Made by a program: the position numbers and the translations under genes. A stretch of DNA of 64,000 nucleotides from Blepharisma stoltei ATCC 30299 (Eukaryota > Protista > Ciliophora): contig CBFDEM010000024.1 in assembly GCA_965603825.1 (NCBI GenBank), positions 1-64,000 on the forward strand. The letters run 5' to 3'. The notes under the pieces were generated by a model. That model was not told where the DNA came from, did no database searches, and saw nothing but the letters and a program-made list of their open reading frames with translations. Shown piece by piece: positions 37,966 through 49,307 of this stretch (positions are counted from its first letter, which is position 1; the number at the start of each line of letters is the position of its first letter).

Positions 37966-40905
37966 CTAAGACAATGTTCTCATCAACTCCGCAATAGGCT
38001 TCGCCACCAGTTTCCTCGAAGGGAAAAATGACGCCAAAAATGCACAAATAATACTCCCCACAAACACTGCAATAGTGATTTCCCAAGGGAAAATAAATGG
38101 CATTGGTATATCATTGAACATCACCTGCTGCACAGACATGGTCCACGCTACAAAAGTCCCTATCATAATCCCCATAAGGCCAGCTGAAAAAAGCAGCACA
38201 AAAGCTTCATATACATACAAAATCGCGATTCTAATTTTCCTCACCCCAGTCGCCCTAAGCACTGAAATCTCTTTGGCTTGCTCCAAAATATTTGCTGACA
38301 TTGAGGAGACAAGAGAAAAGAAGCACAAAAACATAGCTATAAGGGTGACTAATGAAAAAACAGTGCTCATTAGTCCTGCACTTTGTTGGGCTGTGCTTTG
38401 GCTGTCTCTATAATCCCAAATTGACAAGTCGTCATTATATGAGATAACTTCATTTAGGTCAGTATAAAGCTTGTCGATTAAATCACCGTCACTTGTTGCC
38501 AGTTTTATCATTAAATACCCCATTGGCACATTATTAGCAGATTCAGCGTATTTTCCAGCTAAGTCTTGCCATGTTGGGATGCTCACTAAAAAGCTTTGTT
38601 TTTTGTTCTTTGGGAATTTCGACATGACAAAGCCTGAAAAGGACTCAGCAAATGCAATTGGCCGCATTACTCTAAAAAAGTTATCATAAGGAGCATAAAC
38701 TTGTACCAAAAATGTAGAGTTCGGAGACACACTCAGATCGAGCATGTCCTCATATAAAGTCCCCATAAGTGCTCCTTGTGTCCCTTCTGGGGTGTAAAGC
38801 TGCTCAGATAGCGAAAGCCCAGTCGATGTATCTCTGTCAGTCACAATCACAAATTCACCAAAAATGGTGTCAATCAGATTTGGGGAAACTCCATAGATCT
38901 GTACATTATATTCATATGCTTTGCCGAGATTTTTAAGCAAAGTGGCATCTGCTTCATCGATTACTTGGATCAGTTCTTTTGTAACCCAAGAATAGGAATC
39001 AATGATGTCACCATAATTGTCGACAACTAGCTGAAGATTGTGGCTGGGAAGGATATCGTCAGTTTTGGGGTCTGCTTGGACTACTAATTTTACTCCATGT
39101 GACTGCAAATTTCTATATGATGCAGCTGTAAGCTGCATTTCAGCCATAACTGATAAAAATATAATAAACGCAAGCGCCAACGCATACATAACAGTTGTTT
39201 TTCTATTTCTCAGCCTATGTGCAGCTAGATTTTTAACTATCATTAGCCTCATAGCTGACGATTCCCACCAGAAGAAAAGCAAAACTGTCGCCCTTTCAAA
39301 AAGATACTGAAAGTTCATTGAGAGCAGCACAAGACCCAGCAAAAATGCAATAAGGATTGCTAGGAATATTCCAAGTAGCAGCTGCAAATTAAATGATAAT
39401 AATGCAAGAGGGAGTAATAAGTATACCACAAACCCAAAGACCACCGTTACAAATCCAAACCACACAATGGTTCTTTTAACCACGCTATCACTGCCTTCAA
39501 TCTTGATACTGACTGCTTTGGATTTTGAATGCGACACATCTAAAGACTCTGCTAAGTTGCTGTAAAATATTTGTCTGAGAGGAGACATTCCAGCAATTAT
39601 TGGCATTAAAAAACCGATCATAATGGCTATGCCAACTGCATCAGGGGTAGGCTCTGGAGAGAATCCAACCCCAATTTGTTCTTCAAACATATCCGAAATG
39701 ATTTTATTGCAGCCAAAGGATAGAAAAATCCCAATAATAATTGCAGGGATCACAAAAATCATTGTTTGGGTGACCAGCATAAAGACCATCCCTGTCTTTG
39801 TAAGTCCAAGGACCCTAATGACTCCTAATTCAAAGGTTTTTGTCTCAATTGACACAAGCAGTAAGCTGTATATTAAAATCACGCTTAATGCAAATAAAAT
39901 GACTAAAATTAAGTCCAATAAAATCCCAAGGAAAATTGTCACATATTGAAGTGGCTGCAGCTCGTCCATAATTGGCAAATCTACAGAAACTGGATAAAAT
40001 CCAAGGTCATCGACTATCCCAGAAGCCTTATGAGTGACTTTTTTCTGGATATTGTCATAATTTGAGGTCATATAAGTGTCAGTGCGAGGCTTCGGCATGC
40101 TGATGAGTATGTGGGTGGAGAGGTCAGAAGCGCTGTGGGTGTCCAAGTACGTTAGAAATTCAGAATATCCTTGAGTTGTTGGCCAATAGTTGTCTGCTTG
40201 TATATGTTGGGAATACAACTGATATAGTGTAGACAGCTCAGCCAAGACTAGAGACGAAGCCGACCCATCAGCGACTTTTCCGTACCCTTTGCTGAAAATG
40301 TCCACAACAGTCAACTCAAGTGTAAAGTAAAACATCGCAAAAGAAGACGGGACAGTTATATTTTTTTCATAAGTAAAGCTTTGGAAAACTGATCGCCATC
40401 AGTTTACGTCCAAATCGTAAAGCGAAATCTTATCTCCTTTTTCTATGTGTAAAGCTAAGGCGAGTTTTTTATGAATCATGCATTCTCCAAGCTTTAGAGG
40501 GTCATAGGGATATTCTCTGCCCAGCTCGATGTCTTTTTCTCTTTTGGTGTCAATAAAATAGATGTTAGCCTTTTTGTCTGATGTCGAGCAATGCACACAA
40601 TTCGCCCTGGAATTCCCAAAAACGACTCTGGGTGCTGTTTTGTCACTGATAAGTTCTTCAATTCTGGTTTTGTTCAGATAATAGTTCTCGTTTTCAGATG
40701 TCAGCTTAATATCAATTTCGCCAGAACTCCCCTCTGCTGTGCGGAGAAAAATCAAGGGAGCGTGGTATAGTACAGTTTGAATGACGCAGGCCACTGTGAC
40801 AACAATAATGCAGCTTAGTAGCGCAAGTGTGAAGTGGACTTTGTGTCTTTTGCTTTCAATGCATCCATACTTCAGGAAAAATCAGGTTTTCAGTGCGTAT
40901 TCCAT
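37966..40905 (-). CDS. FtsX/MacB-type ABC permease-like membrane protein (979 aa)
   Basis: Two FtsX domains (KTFELGVIRVLG, QAKEISVLRATG) and multiple TMs; joined through TGA at 40399 to ATG 40905. Confidence 0.87.
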
Positions 40906-40944
40906 ATTTATGAATATTCTAAGTACTTTTATGCTAGTTATTCT

Positions 40945-41617
40945 TTATGCTTTTTTCTTCGGACTGTCGAGGAAAAGCTGATACTGTTTGGCAGCATGCT
41001 GAATTTGGAACACATTAATAACCTGCTTCACAAAAGTTCCTGCAGCGAAAAACACAAACAAAGCCTTGTGTAGAACCCCTAAAATTCCTTCAAACTGATA
41101 ATAATAAGTTATATAAGAAATCACAGCAAATCCCTAAATATCACTTACCTCACTGCATAAGCATAAAGTAAACAAAAGATGAGTGCCGTAGTAAAGCCTC
41201 AGCAGCCAATGGGTGTCTTCGTCTTTTAATTTATGTGTTGTCTTTCCTGATATCAAAGAACTGCTGACCATGGCGATATGTGAGACCCCGTCTAGTATAA
41301 TAAGAGTTAAATAGACGTTGGCATATTGTGGGAAGAGGATGAAGTTAATAGCTTGGATGACGAGATAAGCCATTCTGTCAATTGACATGTCGAGAACCAT
41401 TCCCACGTTGGATGCTGAATATAGGTTACTTTGATGGAAATGTCGGGCTGCCATCCCATCCACAGCGTCAAGTGCAGCTGAGACGACGTAGAAGAAAATA
41501 AAAGCTAGTGGGTTTGATTGATATACTGCCATTGCCCAAAGGAGAAAGAGGATTCTGCCATAGTCTTTAATAAGAAATACCTATAATGTTTGCGTAGTAA
41601 AGCAGCACATGCACCAT
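40945..41617 (-). CDS. PIS1: Phosphatidylinositol synthase (CDP-alcohol phosphatidyltransferase), three tiny introns
   Basis: NIIDYGR, LDAVDG.AAR...Q.S..G.VLDM..DR, LF.LC...E, KQ.INV.Q. Introns 41565-41580 (16 nt), 41415-41429 and 41134-41148 (15 nt). Confidence 0.9.
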
Positions 41618-42066
41618 TTTACAATAAGTTTTATTTCAATTGAAACAAGAAGTTTCAGCCTATATATAAATAAAATTATAAAAGCTATTTTAGCAATATT
41701 TAGAAATCTAGCTTCCTTTTGGTGGCCAGAAAAGAAATTTTATGAGGCTAGCTATTTGAGAAGAACAATTATTTATATAATTTGCATTATGTAAAAGTGG
41801 AAAAGCTATTATTTATGCACATAATATAGATCCTATACACATAAAAGAGTTATCAAGAATTAGCAGTTATTCTGGAGATCAGACTATCTAATAAAGAACA
41901 GATATAATAGGATACTAAAGAATTTTCAGATAAAATTTATCAAGAAAGAGCTTCTAGATCTGCAATGATAATAATCCATACATTATATATCCAAATTTTA
42001 AAAAATAAAACCAATAGTATCCTTTATTTTAAAATAGTTGGGAAAAATAGATAATATCTGAACATA

Positions 42067-43029
42067 ATGAAATCCGAATCAGTTTCAAGCTTCAGCGCTC
42101 TCTCAGTAGACGCCCCCAACACCACAGAAATTCGAGTGGAGATTGAAGATTTAGAACAAACCATCAGACTTAACAAACTTATCCTTGAAGAACTGCTCTC
42201 ATCTCTCTCTTCATCAAAGCCTTCAAAAGAACTATCATACGACACTGAAATCCCACAGCTGGTTTCTGCCAAAATCCACCAAGCAGTCAAAACAGAAAAC
42301 GAAATTCTGTTAAAAGCAAGCCAAAGGATCGAAAGCGAAATAAAACAAGGAGAAATTGCGATTCTTCAAGCTGAGGATCAAGCCAATAAATGCCGAATCA
42401 GAAAAAAAGAATCAGTTTCAAGGCTAAATGATGAAAAAGCCAAACTGCGAAAAGATATAGAGCTTAAAGAGCAGGCAGTCCAAAAATTGGAAAAATACAT
42501 AAGGCAGCTTGAAGTCGACATAGAAGACGCCCACAAAATTATGCATGACGACCCTAACCAAATGATAAAACAAGCCAAAATGCTGATTACTGCTGTAGAA
42601 GAAAGCTTAAAAGAAGCCAAAGCAGAAAGGGACGAAGAAATCGATAGGTGCAAAGAGCTTGAAGAAGAGCTCTACCGACTTCAATCCACTATAAAAGCTT
42701 CCCCTCCCAAAGCTACAAAAACAGTTGACAACATCATTCGTGAGGACAACTGGCTTAAACTGAACTATGAAAACTATTGATTTGAAAACCGAGAAGAAGT
42801 CTACAATAAAGAAGCCAATTCCAGCAATGAAAGCGAAAACCAAATCACAGACAAAATTTCAGTCGAAAACCTAGATGGAGAAGACAGTGACGAAGCTGAG
42901 CTAATCCAGCTAGAAATTGCATACCGAATGAAATGTGAAGAAATGCTTTCACTAGACAGAATTCTGGCTCATTTAAGAGAACAAGAACACACATTGAAAA
43001 ATTACATAGACATGAGGCATAGCACATAG
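42067..43029 (+). CDS. Coiled-coil protein (320 aa)
   Basis: ORF extends through TGA at 42778 to TAG at 43027-43029. Confidence 0.8.
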
Positions 43030-43047
43030 TTTAATTATAAATAAAAT

Positions 43048-44259
43048 TTAACTGTCATCCAGCTTCATTCCACACATCATACAAAATTTCGCCTCAAAGG
43101 GACAAGGCGACTTGCAGTTTTTGCATTTTTCGTCAAGGTGTTTGAGAGCTTTGCCAGATCTCCGGATTCTTAAGGTGGAGGTGTCTGTTTGGGAGTTTTT
43201 GGCTGCAATTGGGGAGTATTTGGGGTAGGGGCTTTCAGACATCACTCGGAATTGTTTAGTTTTGGCCAGCTCTTTGGAGTAGGTCTGGATGTGTTTTTCT
43301 AGTCCTTTGGGATCGAATACTTTTGAGCAGTGGGAACACTGGATTGCAAAAACAGCAGAGCGCTGGACTGATGAGTCCCTTCTGCGAGTTTTGATGGTAT
43401 ATGGGTCACTTGAGTCAGGGGAAACCCTGACAATTGGAGGTATTGGAGATTTGTTAGGAATAATTTCTTTTTTAGACATTGTAGGAGAACAGTAATACGA
43501 GCACTGGGAGTCTTCTTTTACTGTCGAGTTGTTTAAAGATTTTATTTGCTTATTGTGATAGCTTTTCCCATTATTTTTTATCTGTGGAAAATGCATATCA
43601 GTTGGCATTCGGGCCAGAGGCTTGGGCTTGTTAATAATATTTTTACAATTCGCAATATGCCTTTCTCCAGGAATTGGGGCAAACTTCCGCAAGCAGGTTG
43701 GGCACTGTATGTAATTATCATATAAAGCAGCTGGCGGCTTAAGCACTGTTGGGTCTTTGCCTTTTTCTTCAAACGATTTAAATTTTCTTGCATATCTGAT
43801 TGTGTTTAAAAAATCTTCATGCAGCTTATGCCACTTTTTGTCATTGAACTTCTGCGTCAAGGTATGTCTTTTTGAGTTATGCATAACTTTTGACGTGTCA
43901 CTTTCTAACAAAGGTGAGCGTTTTCGTTTCATATCGAACTGAGGCCTCTTTTTTGAAGAATATTCACATGCAAATTGGTGCTTTAAAACCCTTTCTGGGG
44001 CAAATTTTCTGTCACAGAATTTGCAAGTGACCCGAAGGTCGCTTTCAGTGTTGAGGGATACGTAGACTTTTTGTCGCTCTGTTGAAATTACAGAATCATT
44101 GTGTTCTGGCATGCAATTATTTAGATGAAATTCATATTCTTCGTGAGTTAGCACTTGTGAGCAGTTTGGGCAGGAAATTAGGCCTCCTTCTGTGTAGCTG
44201 AGTAGAGTTTACCATACATTTCCTATTGAGTTGGAGCTGGGGAGATTGTTGGTTTCCAT
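43048..44259 (-). CDS. C2HC zinc-finger protein (ZC2HC1-like), one 15-nt intron
   Basis: CKFCDRKF...RV.KH...C, YIQCPTC.RKF....ERHI..C, C-terminal KFCMMCG. Intron 44198-44212. Confidence 0.87.
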
Positions 44260-44431
44260 TTTATATACACATTATTTCAGGAGCAGGCTGGCTCTGTTTC
44301 TAGTAAATTATATTTGGCTTATTTTTGAAAATAAAACATTGAAAATGGCTGTTAAATTTAATTGAGAGAGGATTTTTAGCCTGCTTAAAAAATTATCATT
44401 CATATCTTTTCTACTAATAATAAGTTTAAAG

Positions 44432-46159
44432 ATGTCTTCCAATACCTTCGCCAAACGACTAGAGACCCAGGGCATCCCCCAGTCGCTTTACAGCCCAATT
44501 CCAGTTTCTCAATTAAAAGAAGAAAATGATGCTCTCTCTGTAATCTCAGAGTTATGCCAAATTTACCCTTTCCATGAGGCATCGCCACCTTTGCTTCCTG
44601 AGTTTTTCATTTCTCACATTGTAACTCTAACTTAGTGTCGCAAAATGAAAAATCTTGATGAAGTCGCAGATGTCGCCTGAAGGTTCAATTTCACAACTGA
44701 AAAATACAGAAACAAGCCAGGCGAAATAGGATTATTTCACAAATTTCTTAACGAAAAACTGGACTCAACAATGTTTTTGTTTTACTTGAAGGCAAGAAAA
44801 ATCATTTTACAAATAAAATTAGGAGACAACCCAAGAAACGATGTTTTTCTGAAAGAGCTGATGCTGACGACTAGCGAATGGGTCAGCATTGCGTCTCGGC
44901 TGTTTGCAGATGCAATTAAGCCGACTTCTTGTGTCCAGAAATTGACCAGCAGGCTATTTGATGCTGATTATACGGTGGAAATCCCTGCAGAAGCTTTTGT
45001 TGACTACTGTATGCAAGAATACTATGAAATTAAAGGGAAAAATAAGGAGGCAAATAATGGCAAAAAGAAAGAAGCGATTCCGTTGAATTCGCTATTTTAT
45101 CGAAGACCGTCAGGACTGATTGAATTTCCTAACAAAACAGCTAAACCTAAGCCACCACCAAGAAAAATCCCTGCTACTCCAGTAGATTTTGATATCATGA
45201 AATATGGCAAAAAATCAAATTCTGCTAAGAAAACGCAAGCTTTTGATAAAAAACCAGCCCAAACCAAAAATAAAACACAGGAAAGCCCTCAGCCAACTTT
45301 GCCTGTTTCTGTTTCTTCGTCTCTTGAAAATTCAGTAGTCGTTGACGAAGAGCTACATATGGCAACTGTAGTCGAATCGCCTCCATCAAAAGAAAAGCCA
45401 ATGTATTATTCTCTACCATTACAAAGCCCTCCATGAACTTCTCCACCCAAACAAGAAAGCAGCAATTTAGATGAAATTAATGCGTATAAGCGAGAAATAG
45501 AACAAATTACTTTAGAAAGAGACCATATTAAAGAAGCATTAGACGAAACCATTGAATTTTGTGACACGGTTTCTTATGAGCACGATCTTTTATTAATACA
45601 AAACAAAAAGCTCAAAAAAATTCTCAGCTTGGTGACTGATAAATTGATTCGGGTTGATTCTAAGCTTATAAAAGACATTGATTTTGGTGACGTTATCAAT
45701 GATCCGTGCAAGGAGTTCAAGCCAACTGGAATTTTAGATGAAAAACAAGAAAATGGAAAAATGAACTTAGCGCCTAATGAAATTGAAATTGAAGAACCTA
45801 TTGATGAGCCTATGTATGAGCCTATTGAGTCTAAAGAAACAAGAGAAGAAACATATCCAGAAGAGGAAGAAGAAGAAGATTATGGAAAAGGCTATGATAT
45901 GCCATTTTCAGACTCTGCAGGCAAAAATATAAAAAAGAAAAATATTCCTCCAACTCCGAAATTTACCCTAGGGAATGAAGAATTTGATGACTCAATTTTT
46001 ACTTGCAAGCAGGATCATAGGCCAATTCAGTCTGGGTTTTTAAGTATGAATAAAGGAGATTTGATTAAAAAGATATCGGAGCTAGATGAATGGTATTTTG
46101 GAGAAAATATGAATTCAGGCTGCAGAGGGTTTTTCACTCCAGATCTTGTTTCTAAATAA
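44432..46159 (+). CDS. Coiled-coil protein with C-terminal SH3 domain, one 15-nt intron
   Basis: Intron 44621-44635 plus TGA=Trp give one frame. SH3 motif FLSMNKGDLI...DEWYFG.....RGFF. Confidence 0.83.
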
Positions 46160-46407
46160 TGAACAATTAAGTAATTTTTTATTCTTTTATTGTGGTATGT
46201 GCGTTTCGAAATGAAATTTAAGTTGATATGAGTTTTTCCAAATTCAATTGTCTCATAGATCTTAGAGGAGTTTCAATATTTTTAATAAATAAAGATAAAT
46301 GTAAGTTAATTGCAAGACAGCAAGAGCGTAGATCTATTTAGAGTCTTTTATATATTATTCTGTAGATAAGATGCTAAGTAATTTAAAATATATTTAATAA
46401 GCAATAA

Positions 46408-46680
46408 ATGGAATCAATTAGCACAATATTAAGAGACGAAAAACTCTTCGACAGCATCACAAGAGAAATGTTCAGCGCAATTGACCTCGACCACAGTGGA
46501 AATATCGAAAAAACTGAGCTAAAAAAAGCAATGACAGTAATTGCAAGAGAAATTGGCATGTATCCGCTTTCTGACCAACAGCTTGACGGAGCTCTAGCAG
46601 TTTTAGACGAAGACGGAAATGGAGAGCTGAGCCACAGCGAATTCAAGATCCTCGTCAGGGCTTTATTTGAAACTCTTTAA
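46408..46680 (+). CDS. Small two-EF-hand Ca2+-binding protein (90 aa)
   Basis: DLDHSGNIEKTE and DEDGNGELSHSE loops. Confidence 0.92.
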   Translation: MESISTILRDEKLFDSITREMFSAIDLDHSGNIEKTELKKAMTVIAREIGMYPLSDQQLDGALAVLDEDGNGELSHSEFKILVRALFETL

Positions 46681-46778
46681 CTCCTTAATAAAAAACCAAA
46701 CTATTATGATAATTAATTTCCGCATAGTATTCCATGAAGGAGTTATTCAAATATGTTTTAAACACTTATAAATAAAAA

Positions 46779-49307
46779 ATGCTGACAAAGGCAAGAAGCC
46801 ACAACGAATCAATCCTATCAAGCGGTTACGAAGAAGTGTCCCGAGTCGAAGACGACGACGCCAGTATCTCAATGTCCTTTGCTTCTTTAAGAAATCCTCA
46901 GTCACGGCTAATTTCCAAAGTAACTCTCCCAGAGTTTATGTTCCATAAATCAGGCCTTATGAGGGTGAAATGGGACATTTTGATTATTCTTTTCGTCCTT
47001 TACAACACTTTTACAATCCCTTACCTTTTGGCGTTCGATATAGATGAAATGCGAAACCCTTCTATCAAGGCAACTGGACTCATTAATATGATTGTCCTTT
47101 CAGCTGATATTATTATGAACTTCAGGACGACTTATTTTGACTCTGCCTCAGGGGATGAAGTTATTGACCCTGTAAAAATCGCAATTAATTATACAAAAAC
47201 CAAGCTTTTGCTTGATATCTTGGCAGCATTGCCTTCAGAATATTTTTACACGATTCCTGCTTTTACGTTATTTAGGCTGACAAAGCTTGACAGAATCCTT
47301 AAGGTGACCAATGACTTGATGTTTATGAAGATGACAGAGTGGATTAAGCTCTTCATAAGGTTTTGTACAATTTTACTATGGCTCAGCATATATCTTCACC
47401 TTTTGGCTTGCTTTTGGTTCTACCTAGTTGACCAAGAGGACTCAAGCCATTCTTGGGTTCCCCCTTGTCTTTCATTAGACTCCAATCTTAAGCTCATATA
47501 CGAATCTCCTCTGTATTTTCAATATTCCCAAGCACTATATGCTATGGTTTTTGCCTACTCAGGGATCGAATTTTGGCCAAGAACTACGGTCCAATATGCT
47601 ATTGGCGGGATTTTAGTCTTGATAGGCTCTATTATCACTGCAGTAGTATTTGGGCAAATTTCTGTAATAATGACAAGCTTGACAAGAGAGTCCCAAAAGT
47701 TAAGCGACCTTCATGACGTTGTAAACACCGCTATGAGAAATATGGAGCTTTCTGACGATCTGCAAATGAAAATTACTGACTATTTGACGTCGTCTTTTAA
47801 AATTTTAGACAGACAGGCAAGCTATGAAAATTTTTCAAAACTGATCCCACCCAGCAAAAAGCAGAAAATCAGTGCATGTCTATTTGAAGAAGTTTTTCTA
47901 AGCAGCGAGTTTTTTGAAGGAAACTCTCAGCTTGTGAAATTTGCCTTGCAAAAGTTGGATAGCCAGTTTTTCCAGCCTGAGTACCCTGTAATTAATCAAT
48001 TTGAAACAGAGGAAAATATTTATTTTGTAGGTATGGGATCTTGTGAAGTTGAGGTCCTTGACGAATACAAAAACTCCCACTCAGTAAGGATACTAGAGCC
48101 AGGGAGCTTTTTCGGAGAGGTCTCAGCACTTTATAAAACCCCGCGAACAGCTAGCGTCAAAACCTGTACTTATTCAACCCTCGCTGTAATTACAAAGCCA
48201 ATTCTTAATGAGCTTCTAAAAAAATTCCCTGAGGTAAAGCAGACATTTTTGAACTCCGTTTCCACCTATAAAGACAATTATAAATCTTTCCTAAAAAGAA
48301 CCTTAGCAAGAGTCCCATATTTTGAAAATATTTCTCCAAGAGCCGCTGACCATTTAATTTACTCTCTTGATATTGAAAATTATGCTCCCAATTCTTACCT
48401 ATTCCAGCAAAACCAAACTATAGATAAAGCATTTTTAATATTAGAAGGAAAAGTCCAAATAATTTTTGTGGTTTTTGATGTAACTTTGACAATGACTTTA
48501 AAAAATAAAGAAAGGCATTCGTCTGTTATTGGGGGTGAGCATTTAGGTTTGAGCACTAGAAGTAAGCGAGGAAGTGCTACATATGGAAATACTAAAGGTG
48601 TTAAGCTGGTTATTGATGAATTAGGTATGGGAAGTGTCTTATGCTCAAGGCAGCTATTAATGCAGTACCCAGCAACTGTCTCATGCAGAGTTATAGAGCC
48701 AACCCGAGTCATGGTATTCACCAACCAAGACCTTGACGCTTTACTCGTCGACTTCCCCAAGCTGAAGAAAAAAATCGAAGCCCAAAAGCTTGAAATGCAA
48801 GTCTGGGACAATTTCCGACAAGAATACCTCAGAAAGCAAATCCCTCTGGACTACTCCAAATGCTTCAAATACGATAAAAACGCAAACAGAAAAGCCTGGA
48901 AATCCAAAATCAAGGTAAAAAACGAAGTAATTAAGCTGATTACTAATAAGAGAAACAGAAAAAATACCAAAATTACCAGCGTAAAAGCAATGGTAGAAAA
49001 AATAAGAGCCATAGTAACAGCTGAAGAAAAAGGCCACACGGTTATCGCAATGAAAATTTCTAAAGGAGAAATCCCGCCTGAAGCTCTAGAAGTGGTCGAC
49101 ATTTTGGACGCTGAAAGAATTACCAACCCAGTCTTAACCCAATTTGCTATAAAAACCAAAGAATTGTCCAAAGTGGTGGATTCCCTGTCTCATCAAATGA
49201 GCTCGCTAAATGACAAACTGGGAAGCATTGACAATATATGTGACCACATTGGAGAAAGAATAAATAGACTGCAAGAGACTACAAAAGCGTTGGAAATGGC
49301 TACATAA
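46779..49307 (+). CDS. EAG/CNG-family cation channel with two cyclic-nucleotide-binding domains
   Basis: WD..I......P, NFRTTY, IA.NY, six TMs, FGEVS..Y..PRTASV, second CNBD, C-terminal coiled coil. Confidence 0.9.
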   Translation: MLTKARSHNESILSSGYEEVSRVEDDDASISMSFASLRNPQSRLISKVTLPEFMFHKSGLMRVKWDILIILFVLYNTFTIPYLLAFDIDEMRNPSIKATGLINMIVLSADIIMNFRTTYFDSASGDEVIDPVKIAINYTKTKLLLDILAALPSEYFYTIPAFTLFRLTKLDRILKVTNDLMFMKMTEWIKLFIRFCTILLWLSIYLHLLACFWFYLVDQEDSSHSWVPPCLSLDSNLKLIYESPLYFQYSQALYAMVFAYSGIEFWPRTTVQYAIGGILVLIGSIITAVVFGQISVIMTSLTRESQKLSDLHDVVNTAMRNMELSDDLQMKITDYLTSSFKILDRQASYENFSKLIPPSKKQKISACLFEEVFLSSEFFEGNSQLVKFALQKLDSQFFQPEYPVINQFETEENIYFVGMGSCEVEVLDEYKNSHSVRILEPGSFFGEVSALYKTPRTASVKTCTYSTLAVITKPILNELLKKFPEVKQTFLNSVSTYKDNYKSFLKRTLARVPYFENISPRAADHLIYSLDIENYAPNSYLFQQNQTIDKAFLILEGKVQIIFVVFDVTLTMTLKNKERHSSVIGGEHLGLSTRSKRGSATYGNTKGVKLVIDELGMGSVLCSRQLLMQYPATVSCRVIEPTRVMVFTNQDLDALLVDFPKLKKKIEAQKLEMQVWDNFRQEYLRKQIPLDYSKCFKYDKNANRKAWKSKIKVKNEVIKLITNKRNRKNTKITSVKAMVEKIRAIVTAEEKGHTVIAMKISKGEIPPEALEVVDILDAERITNPVLTQFAIKTKELSKVVDSLSHQMSSLNDKLGSIDNICDHIGERINRLQETTKALEMAT

